From: Blastocystis sp. Blastoise
Taxonomy: Eukaryota > Protista > Bigyra: Opalinata
NCBI GenBank assembly: GCA_039096225.1
Contig: JBBPEB010000009.1
Span: 496,001 to 560,000 of the forward strand
DNA: 64,000 bases
Direction: 5' to 3'
Below, piece by piece: positions 1 through 14,294 of this stretch. Every line of letters begins with the position of its first letter. Position 1 is the stretch's first letter. The translations under genes were made by a program, and so were the position numbers. The notes beneath the pieces are model-generated. The model saw only the letters and a program-made list of their open reading frames with translations, was not told the DNA's origin and ran no database searches.

Positions 1-1195
1 AATAATATAATATAATATATATATATAACATATAATACATACAGATATATTTCCATGAATATAGTTTTGTCCGTGTAAATAGATAACACCATCACAAATC
101 TCTATAAATAAAATAATAAATATTATTATATAGAAAATATATATATACGCAATAAAATTGATTTAATTATATCTTTTGTTAATCTAGACATAAAGATAAT
201 AATATTTATTATAATAATTATTAATATGAATAGTATATATACACAATAGTTTTATTCAGTAATAACGTTTGAAGTGTACAAATGACGTTCTCTCTGCACA
301 CATAAATTGAAATATGATTGGAGGATATCTCTTGTACGGAGTATCCATAGATCTTAAGTATATTTGGGTGATTAAATGAACTATAAGTATCAACACTGTC
401 AATAACTGCCTTATTAATCTCTTTTTTATGTTTATACTTATATTCCTCTATTGTCAACGATATATCCCCTACTTGACTATATATTTAGAGATAGAATATT
501 ATTAGTAGTAGTATATTGATTTATATATAATTTGTTTGATGTTATAATTTATATATTATTTAAGTTGTTATTTAAATAATAATAAAAAAATATAATTCGA
601 AATATATATTATATACCCATAAAACAATCCATATTGATCTGTTTCTAGAATGGTTTCCTTTTTAATTAATTTATCAGGAGAAATGACTTCTATTTATGAA
701 TAATATATAGAAATTATATATTATATAAATAGAATTAATAAAATAAATAAAATAAATAGAATAAAAAGAATAAAGAGAATAAAGAAATTAACTGGAATAA
801 ATTGAATAAATAGAATAAAAAAAAACAACTCTAATAGCTCTTATAACTATAATAAATAATATACTAATATCATGTGTATTAAAATTAATAGCTTCTTCAA
901 ATGGTTCTGAATAAGATTCGTTTTCGTACATATCCTCATCGTACGAAGGATATCCCTCCATTCCTTTTGAGAAACAGAATGAACCACTATTGCCGTTACG
1001 ATGAGGAGCACTAATACTGCGACGAATAGGCTTCGAGATCGTAGAGGGGGTTGTGGGGGTCTGAATGTTTTCATTGGATAAAAAAGAAGATTGTGACGAA
1101 CGACGCTCACGTGGTCTATATATACAATTATATAGATATAAGTGAATAACGTATATATAAAGAGAATACATATATATTTATTAAGCACAAAAAAA

Positions 1196-1232
<37 letters not shown>

Positions 1233-1960
1233 CAATTGTGGTGGTGAATTACAGAATAATTTATATATAGTTTCCACAACTTTTCTTAATGTTATTTCCT
1301 ATATATATGCAAAAAAAAATATTACAACTATAGATATTAAAACATAACTATTATATCATTATTCATTTAAAAAAAATAGTACACATATATATACAGGATT
1401 CCAATCTTTAACAATAGGATGTGTTAACATAAAAAATAAGTCTTTTGAAGAGAAATACTCATATTCCTCAATAATTTCCATATCTATAAATACATTTACA
1501 TTTTCAAAAAAAAAAAAGAATGAGATAAACGAAGAAATGATATATATAATAAAAATCTTGAGTTAAATGAATTAAACTCAAAGATAAGAGAAAGAAAAAG
1601 ACTTACCATTCAAAGGTTCATTATAAAAATAAAAAATAGGTCCTTTCTTTGGATAGTTCATACTGATCTGGATCAATACATATATCTGATGAGGTTCTTT
1701 GTGATGATAGTAATAAAAAACACCATAAAAATTATAAGAATGTTTACCTAAATGAGATTAAGAAGAGAAGATTATGCAATTACTTAATATTGTTTTGGAA
1801 GATACAAAAGCTCCATGCATCAACATCTCTGTAAATTGTGTCTCAATCAACGATTTCTAAAAACATAAGTGTAAATAAATCGATATCTTACATTGCTAAA
1901 TGCAGCTTCCCTTATAGTATTTAGGGCTTGCTGATTAGCATGGATTTTCAACCTCTCCAT
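1..1960 (-). CDS. UEV/UBC-like domain fused to a protein (pseudo)kinase domain; 3' end runs off the window
   Basis: ATG at 1960; 10 GT-AG introns splice in frame (e.g. 1857-1891, 1748-1783). The N-terminus (YNFYGVFYY...IYVLIQISMNYPKKGPIFYF...HPIVKDWNPEITLRKVVETIYKLFCNSPP) follows the TSG101-type UEV pattern. The C-terminus (FNHPNILKIYGYS...ILLQICDGVIYLHGQNYIHGNIS) is kinase subdomains IV-VIb. Confidence 0.75.
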
Positions 1961-2715
1961 AGATATTCACAAAACAATCTAAAAGATATATAAACACAAA
2001 GGCTTTTTATCTTTACGGTTATTGTGTTTTTTCTCTAGAAAAAATGGTATTCTCACGATTATTCAAGGATTTATATTTTTTTATTTTTTTTCAAGAAGAA
2101 AGGTAAGAAAGGAATCACATTTAATGGGTAGGACTATTTTTTATAATTTTTGAATAATAAAATTGGTTTTGAATGTTAAAAATATATATAAAAATGGATT
2201 TTATAGTGAACACATCACAGGAATACATTCAAAAGATATTTTATTTGTAGACTCTTTGGTTTTATGTGAATCATCATCAAAAAACAATTTTTCTTTTCTC
2301 TTTTGTGTTACAGAGAGTAACATATATATTATAAAAAGCATATATCAAGAATCATATTTATCGCACAAACGATATGTGTTTCTTATCATACATTATATTT
2401 ATTCATTTTTCATTGTAACATAATTGTTTAATGTATTAATACATATTAATTATGAATTTGGCTTGTTTTTCGCACTATCATAAAACTGTCATGTCTGTAG
2501 TTTTATAGATAAATTGTTCTACAAGTTGACCATAATGGATTCATAGAGATTCACTAAATATATGTAGTTGAGCAAATAAAGAAATCCTATAAATGAGTTC
2601 TTGATCTATTTGAAAAAAACCATAAAACACAAGGTATTCTATTGGGAACTTTTAAGAAAAACATTTCTGTTTCTTTACAGATTCATCTTTTTGATTCTAT
2701 CCATATAATTAATTA

Positions 2716-4595
2716 ATGTGGCTATTATATATATTATTTATGTTCTCACTTTCTGGAGTACAGGCAACTAGTATTTTTCTTGAGTTTTACTTGACATTAT
2801 TGTGTTGTGTGTCTAGATTGTCGCGTCTTCGGAACAAGTACTTCTTGTAAATATGAAACTCAGTCCATTCTTAACACGAATTCCATGTATCGTTTTTTTG
2901 CACTTGTCAATAACGAGTTAGCAGAACTCTCACTGCGATATCCAAATAATATTTGTGATGGAGAACCTGTTTCTGTTCAAATTGCACCGTATATTTTTTC
3001 ACAATTTGTTGTTTTTTTAAATAATATATAAATAGATGGTATTATAAAAGTTCTTCTCTTCCCTCTGTCCTTCTTAATGGAGTGTCATCTTTCTTTGAAT
3101 ATGGATATAACTATTTTTATCCACTTTCAAATGAATATATAAATAGTACAAAATGGAGTTGTATATGGCCATTGTCACCAGGATCTCCCTTAACTTCAAA
3201 GTATATATATAGTTATAGTTATTCTATAATTATATAATTATTTATTTTTTATTATTCTTATATTGTTATAGTTATTCTATAATTATATAATTATTTATTT
3301 TTTATTATTTCTTATATAGTTATAGTTATCTCTAATTATATAATTTATTTTTTATTATTTCTTATATATATATATATATTCTATAATTATATATAAATTA
3401 TTATATTTTATTATTTCTTATATATATATAGTAATAATGAATGTATATCAAAACAAGGTAATAAACAGTTTAATATTATGAAACAAATAGCACCCTATGA
3501 AAATAGTGATGGGGTCTCTTCATTTGAATATGAAATATCAGGTATATAGAAATTTGTTTTTTTATAACGGTTGTTTTATTTTTATTGTTATTTTTATTTG
3601 AATTGCTATTATGTTTATTTGAATTGTTATACTATTTATTATTTTATTTATTATAGTATTTATTATACTATTTATAATACATATCATTATAGCTATTCTG
3701 TTATTTATTATACTATTTATCTACATATAGCTAATTATAATTCCTTTCGATATATAACTCGAAGTGGTACTCAGAATACTATTAATGAATTAACGTATCT
3801 TAACAATCCTCTTACTCAATTTATATATCCTATTTATTTTTATTTATCTATATATATATATAATGGAATTTCATTATCATTTTTTTATATATTTATTTTT
3901 TTATATCTACATTAATTTATATATATTGATAAAAATCTTATGAATATAGTATCTCTATTATTCTATTCCATTGCATTTTAATATTACTATATATATATTT
4001 ATAGTTATATGTAAAGAGTTAAGTTATATAATATTGCGACCTAATTGTTCAGATTCACTACAAAATGGAATAGAAACAGATGTAGATTGTGGCGGGAATA
4101 ATAAATGTATTCGTTGTGAACTCGGGAAAAAGTATTTTGATTGATATTTATAAATATATTAAATATATATTCTTCAATATATTATAAACAATATTTAAAG
4201 ATATTTATATATATTCTACAATATTCAGTATATTATAAACAGTTCTAAAATATTTATATATTCTACACTACATAATACATAATTCATCTATTTTAAAAAT
4301 AATTTTATTATTTTATTTAGATGTTTTTCAAATACAGATTGTGCGTCATCATTATGTACAAATAATATGTGTACGGATGACTATACACTCTATATTATAA
4401 TAGCTTGCTGTATTTTGTTAGTTTTAATTATTGTTATTCCAGTTATTCTTACTATCGTATATGTAAATCGAATGAAGCATATTAGACGCGTTCGACTTCG
4501 AAGTGTTCGAAAACCCTCAACGATCACAAATAATATTCCAAATCCAGAAATACATATTCCAAAAGAACTCTATTCTATTGATATTCCAGATACTA

Positions 4596-4600
<5 letters not shown>
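2716..4600 (+). CDS. Type I membrane protein with signal peptide and a juxtamembrane Cys-rich module
   Basis: MWLLYILFYVLTFWSTG signal-like start; spliced exons give CSDSLQNGIETDVDCGGNNKCIRCELGKKCFSNTDCASSLCTNNMC, then TM YIIIACCILLVLIIVIPVILTIVYV and a basic tail. One junction (about 3767-4004) is ambiguous. Confidence 0.7.
3214..3420 (+). repeat. Intronic degenerate tandem repeat, about 53 nt x4
   Basis: Unit TATAGTTATTCTATAATTATATAATTATTTATTTTTTATTATTCTTA recurs about 4 times inside intron 3201-3431. Confidence 0.75.
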
Positions 4601-4631
<31 letters not shown>

Positions 4632-6076
4632 TTTTTGAATCATTTTTTAAAAATTATTGACATATATCTATTTTTATTAATAATATATTCTATAAATATA
4701 TATCTACTTTTTACCCTTTCTATGTCAACAACTGTCTTTATTTATATATATATATATATATTTTTAGTCCATATGAAATTTTCTTTTTTTTATTTACTAT
4801 TATCCATTTATATATATATATAACATTTATAAAAGTTATCCACTTTTAACCCTTTTTTCTCTATTTGCTACATTATTTTCAAAAATATTTTTATATTATT
4901 TATATATATAAACATATATCTCTCTAATCTATTGCTATTGTTCTCTTACTTACATCATAATTCTATATATATATAAATAATTTTATTTTTTATTTTATAT
5001 ATATTTAATAATTATAATTTGAATAACTTTTTAAAATTTATCTCTTTAGTATAGATTCTAGATTCGGTATTTCTTTTTTTTTATGCATTGAAACGCTAAT
5101 TACATCACCATTTATTTTTATCTTTATTATTTACAAAAGTATAAGTATTATTTTATGCTTATTTTATTTTAATCTATACTATTTATGTTTTATATCACAG
5201 ATTCCGTTTCAGAATATCTGTATTTTATGCTTTTAAAATTTGCTTTATTAAAATATTTTTTTATTCATAGAATTGTCTCCTCTTTCACATATTTATACTT
5301 TTCATCCAGTTACATTAAGTCTACATATTACTTTTATATATATTCTTCTTCTTTTTACTTGCATTGTTTTGTTAAAAAAATGTATCAAGAAAATTTTTTT
5401 CTTTAAATATTATCACTTCTGCTTTCTAATGATTTTTGGCGAGCAAAACAATGTTTTTTTTGTGAAATATAATCGAGCATGACGTTTTCATTAATATTTT
5501 TTATAGGATCAATCTTTCTCATCTTCTAACGTTTCCACAAGGTATATGCATCTCATTTTATGATGAAATAATGAGGAAATCGGTATAAAAACAACGCTTT
5601 TTGAATCTAGTTTTTTGAAATAGGGAAACTTTTAATTTTTTTAAGTATCAAATGAAAACAGGGAACTTTCTTTAATTTTAACCAATAAATAACTTATTTA
5701 ATAAACAGATCGACCCAAATTGTTCTGTATTTCTTTAAACAATTTTTTAGTTAGGTCATTAGTCCAAACAAATTTCATTTTCCGCCTTATTAAATAAAAA
5801 TTACCATAAAACTGAATGAAAAAATGGTGGGATATCTAATTCAAGAGCCTTAAACCTCCCTAATTATGTCTATATAATTTACATAGAAATTTTTTCTCTC
5901 TCACAAAATAATTGGATACAAAAAGAAAATCATTCAATCATAGCCGTTAAAAAGTTATTCTGATTAGAAACTATAAGTGTAATCTATAATGTATCAGCTT
6001 TATCTTATCATTAATTTATATATATATATATATATATTTATCTTTTTGTTGTTTTTATTCAAGAAGAATTGAAACC

Positions 6077-8015
<1,939 letters not shown>

Positions 8016-8958
8016 ACTATTTTTATATATAGAAATCTATAACATTATATATCGTTTATTTATATAATTTTTTTATGAATATATATCTAGTATATCAATT
8101 GTTTTCTTGACTATTTTGTATTTTCCTTTTTTATTTATTATATTTATATTCATATACTCATTTGTTTTTATTTCTTTGAATATATTTCTTGTAAATCTAT
8201 AATTTTTTTGACTTTCCTTTTATATGAAAGAATGTTTTTAAGTATATTCTTGTTTCTATGCTATAAATTATTGTAATTATCCTATTTATTGTTTCTTATT
8301 TTTTTATTATTCATTATATGCTATTTTCTTTTATTTTGTCACAGCTATTTCTTCTGAAATTTTTTCTTGCTTGTCAAAGCTTTTTTAATTAAATATTGTA
8401 TTTTATTTTCAGTATCTAATTAGGAAGATAGCTTCAATTATAGTTTTGTTTTTTTTTAAACATTTCCCATGACTGCGTCTAGATGGCAGTCAATAATTAT
8501 AAGTATTAAAAATATACATATTGTCATATTTAAAAGAATAATATCAAAAATAGTATTCAGTTCACAAACATCCTAAAAAGAGGATTGACTCGAGTTTTTA
8601 AGGTTATTTTGACTGAAACTACTTTTATTTGTTATTTTTCTGTGTTTTTGTTTCTTTCCTTTGTTACTCTGTTATTAATATATTTATTCACAATAAATTA
8701 CATTATTCATAATATCGGATTACTACTGTATGTCTTAAACTATTTTCTCAAGTATTATCTTTTATTTTTTTATCAATTCGTTTCCTTCAATTCTATTATT
8801 GCTTTATTAAATATATATATACTATCAAGAGATACTATGCACATCTTTAGAAACTATTAACTATTTGAATATCAATTTTATTTTATGTTTCTTGTTTTGA
8901 TTCCTTTCTTTTTATTTATTTTGTATCTAAAAACAATACAATAGTTCTAGGTAACTCA

Positions 8959-11900
8959 ATGATATATTCACCATTCACATGGCTCTCTGATGACGAAGAT
9001 GCTAGTGATTTATCACCAGAATTCTATAATTTCTTTATTATGATTATTATATTCACTTGCTTTGTGTGTATGTTAACATATTATTTATTTATTTATTTAT
9101 CTTCTTCTAGGGTTTTTTAAACTTGCCATCAATCAGAGTTTTATCAAGCAATTAAAATACTTTTCGAAACGAAATGACGTATTTGAATATCTATTTATAT
9201 AAAGAATATAATAATTTTTAATTTTTAATTCTATATATATATATATAGGTTATTTTAATTGATTTACTTGGAAGTGATATTAATATATTAAAACAATTTT
9301 CAAAAGAACATTTAATTCGTTATTTAGAATATAGATCACGTAGTGAAAGCCATTTACTTAAATCAATTTTTATTCCTTTTACTATTGTTCCAGAATCTTT
9401 AAATTATAAAGTATAAATATTTATATGTTTTTTATTAATATATATATATATATTTATAATAGTATTGTTATTTTTTTTGAATAAATATATATATATATAA
9501 ATATTATTATTATTAATATATTTATAATAGTATTATTTTTATGAATATATATATATATAGTTATTAGATACAGGTCCAAAAGACTTACAATTTGAAATGA
9601 CAGGAATTATTGAAGGTAAAACGCCTTATATTATAGATGTCTTTTATAATATTCCCGTGAATCTATATAGAAACACAGTACATTATCTTACTCTTTGTAT
9701 TTATATGATATTTATATTTATATTAATTTTTTTTTATTTTTATTCTTTAAATAATATATATTTTAAAATGTTTTTTTCTATATGAAAACTATATAAAAAT
9801 AGTATATTTTCAAATAGATATAATTTGATTTTACTCAATTATATATATATAGTACTTTCGTCACAATCCAATAATATAAACTCAAAACAAACAAATTTCC
9901 AAGATATTCTTGATGTATATATAAATATATATATATATATAAATTATTCCTATATTTAACTAGAATATAATCTCTACACCTAATGTTATTCATCCGTCAA
10001 CAATTATTTCTTCTTCTTCTTTTTCTTCTTCTTCTCCTTCAAATATACCATCATTTCAATTTCATGTTAACCTTCCTCCTTCTATTATTAGTATATATAT
10101 ATGTTAGTATACTATTATTATCATAATATTATTATTTGTATATTTATCAAATCACATTATTTATGGACGAGTTATAGAATATATATATATATATATAGAT
10201 ATAAATAAAAATAAGTCAATAAGAAAATCGACTTTAAAACGTAATAAGGTTCAATTATCTCATTATATATCACCTTCTACCATATCTCCATATAGTAATA
10301 CTCTGACTGATCCTGTATCTATGGATATACATACAAATAAAGATTCCAGCACTATTCAGATACAATCAGACAAGTTACAACGTGAAAAACAAGCTCTGAA
10401 TTGTATTTCTATGCCTTCTATCTTATCAACTCCTGCTAATCCTCATTCTATAGATAATAATAAAGATAGAAATAATAATAATAATGCTAATAATGATACT
10501 ATTAATAATGCTAATAATGCTAATAATGCTAATAATGCTAATAATGCTAATAATGCTAATAATGCTAATAATGCTAATAATGCTAATAATGCTAATAATG
10601 CTAATAATGCTAATAATGCTAATAATGCTAATAATGCTAATAATGCTAATAATGCTAATAATGCTAATAATGCTAATAATGCTAATAATGCTAATAATGC
10701 TAATAATGCTAATAATGCTAATAATGCTAATAATGCTAATAATGCTAATAATGCTAATAATGCTAATAATGCTAATAATGCTAATAATGCTAATAATGCT
10801 AATAATGCTAATAATGCTAATAATGCTAATAATGCTAATAATGCTAATAATGCTAATAATGCTAATAATGCTAATAATGCTAATAATGCTAATAATGCTA
10901 ATAATGCTAATAATGCTAATAATGCTAATAATGCTAATAATGCTAATAATGCTAATAATGCTAATAAAAATATATGCATTAATTCATCGCTTTCTATTCA
11001 TCCTAATTCAATTAAACGAAATATCTCTGAGAAACATATAAATAACCGTGGTTCTTTGTCTTTATATACTCTTTCAAAACAATCAAATCGTTTATTTGCT
11101 CCATTCTTTTCATCTTCATCTCTATTAAAACAGTCAAAATATACATCTATTCCTAATTGTTCTATTTCTACTTCTTCTTCTTCAATAGATACTCCTACAC
11201 ATAAATCAAAATATTTTATGAATACTAATAATAGTTATACACAAGATCTTTCAAATATAGAATTCTCATTAAATTATCCATTATTACCTTCAAAATCAAC
11301 AGATTCTGAAATGAAACCATTATTATCAGAACAAGAAGAAAATCATTCTGAATCTATTCAGTATAATGAGTATAATGATTATACTAATAATAAAGATAAA
11401 AATAATAAAGATAATAATACTAATAATAATACTAATACTAGTAATGATAATACTACTAATAATACTATCCCAAAAGCCTCGAATACTGAATATAATAATA
11501 AACCTTCTTTATCTCCTCTTTCTGATTCTCCTAAAATATCATTTACTCCATCAAATGAACTAGTTCCTAATACTTCTGTTGATTTATCGAATATAAATAT
11601 GTCTACCAATTATACTCTATATGCATCTAAAGACCCATTTCATTCAACAAATCATGTTCCACATTTATATAAATATACTAAAGTAGATACAAAACAGATC
11701 TTAGAATCATCTTCTATACAGTCAATAGACACTATTTCTTTGAATAATTCTTCATTAATCACTTCTCTATCCTCTTATCAAAATAATAAAATAGAGTTTA
11801 TTCCACAAAGCTCTATTGATAGTAATAATAATAATATTAGCAAGGATGTTAATGATAATAATAAAGAAACTAATAAAAATAATAAAGATAATAATAAAGA

Positions 11901-12519
11901 AACTAATAAAAATAATAATGATAATAATAAAGAAACTAATATAGATAATAATAATAAATTAAATAATAATACATATATAATGACTTCTTCAAAATCCTTA
12001 CCGTCTACAAACCTTCCACATTCAGCACCTGTCAGTCAAAATAAGTCAAATAATCCGATGATTTTACCTATTGTTATTCTTCTTTATGATGATCCTATTT
12101 CTCCTTCTCTGGTACAACTCTATATATTATCTATTAACAAAGAAGGATCTATTATTCTTAAACGAAATCTTATTATTAATCAATATGGATATTATCTACC
12201 CAAGGTATATATATATATATATAATATTTCTCAACTGTTTAATATAATTCTTCTATTTATAATAGTTTTCATTATTATACTTTATTATATTGTTATTATA
12301 ATATTTATTACTATTATTACATTTATTATCACTATATACCTTTTAAAGGAGATCTATGAAAATGATACAGATTGTATTATATGTTTATCTCAAAAAGCAG
12401 AATGTATATTACTCCCTTGTAGACATAAATGTATATGTAAATCATGTGTTTCTATGATTGATAAATGTCCTCTTTGTAGAAACACATTCTCTTTATATAT
12501 ACTTGATACACATACATAA
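8959..12519 (+). CDS. MGRN1/RNF157/LOG2-like C-terminal RING-HC E3 ubiquitin ligase with an N-terminal hydrophobic segment
   Basis: 7 in-frame GT-AG introns. C-terminus ILKRNLIINQYGYYLPK|EIYENDTDCIICLSQKAECILLPCRHKCICKSCVSMIDKCPLCR matches the MGRN1-type YxLxEIYG + C3HC4 RING layout. Confidence 0.75.
10504..10962 (+). repeat. Perfect coding 9-bp tandem repeat (AATAATGCT)51 encoding (NNA)n
   Basis: 459 nt of uninterrupted units inside exon 10199-12204; no splice sites flank it. Confidence 0.9.
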
Positions 12520-13124
12520 TTGTTATATATATAGTCTCTTATTCAATCAAAAATATTTTTTAATAAATTTTTCTATTTTCATTTTTCTGTTATTCCATTA
12601 GAAAATTTTCATTCTTTTTCTTCTTCTCTCTTTTATTGAAATCATATTTTTACAAATATATTAAATATATATATTTAATTCCATTTATTCATTTATCACT
12701 ATATAAAATGAGGTTATTTCTCTTCGTTAGTTTATTTATTAAACTGTTTTTGCTATTATTAATATGTTAAAAAATGTTCTATTTATTTTTTCACATAAAA
12801 ATCATTAAAAACGCTTAAAAATAATATAGTAGACTTTCTGAAATCATTATATATGCATTTCAAATATGTATATACTCTAGTAACAACTTATAAACCATGA
12901 TTTCACAAATTTTCATTAGATCGTCGACAGATGGGTATAGGAATCATTCTATGCTCTACGTAGATATACTTTATTTCCATACAATCATTGAAAGTCTACA
13001 ATAATTTATAAATTGTATGCATTTTACGAAAATCACATTTTTTCCATTTGAAACTTGTATCTCTATTATTCGTTGTATAAATACTTAATTAAAGGCCCAC
13101 TTTTAGATTCATAGTATCCATTAT

Positions 13125-13994
13125 ATGAGCAACGAATCTATTGATATAAACATACAAAATGATGTTTCTAAAGATACACATTCTCAGTTAACTTCTATAA
13201 ATGTATTTTATTTTAACATAGTTATACCATGGCTACTATTCATGATGTCTATAGATACAAACTGAAGAAAATAAATCATCTCAAGACTTACAACCAAGAA
13301 TTGATGATAATCATGAAGGAGATTCACGTACGTAGATATAAATTTATTCTTCATTATTTATGTTAAATATGTTTTTATTATTCTTATGATATAAAGAAAC
13401 TGAAATTATGTCAATCTCAAAAGATTCTGTGAATGAACAGAGTGATGATGATGAAATTGTTGATATGACATGTCCTATATGTATTCAAGAGATGACTAAT
13501 CCATCTAAAGTGAATAACTGCTTTCATATGTTTTGTTTTGACTGCATTAAGAAATGGTCTCTTCAAAAAAATATTTGCCCTCTTTGTAAAGGAACATTCA
13601 ATAAAATATAGTATCTTATAAATCTTAAATGACTTTATACTATTGTATACATAGTTATAATATACATACTGAACTTGATTATCAAGAATATTCTATTCCA
13701 ATCACTTATAATGTGTATATATTTATTATTATATATTGTTGTTATATATTGTTGTTATATATTGTTGTTATATATATATTATTATATATTGTTGTTATGT
13801 ATATATTATTATATATTGTTGTTATATATTATTATATATCTATATAGTAGTGAATCATCTTCTTCTAGTTCTATTACTCCTTCAAGAGGAAATAATCGAA
13901 ATATTCGAAGAGTATATATATATATATATATTCATTGTTTTTTTATTCATATATATATATATATATATATTCTTTTTTTTTTTTTGTTTTTTTA

Positions 13995-14042
<48 letters not shown>

Positions 14043-14092
14043 CGATGGTTACCTCCATTATCTGTTCAAGAAATCTATACTATGAGAAGAAG

Positions 14093-14157
<65 letters not shown>

Positions 14158-14254
14158 ATATATATCAGTATATATATATATATATATATATTGATATATA
14201 TATATATAGATATGATGGAACATTAGTTCGAGCTCAAACTAGACTTGTACCTCC

Positions 14255-14294
<40 letters not shown>

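Noticed and set aside
10443-11041. Overlapping (LAL)n and (MLI)n ORFs
   Set aside because: Alternative frames of the 9-bp repeat; only the NNA frame connects to the RING.
12013-12033. PHSAP in the MGRN1-like protein as a UEV-binding late motif
   Set aside because: Not a true P(S/T)AP, and it sits in low-complexity sequence.
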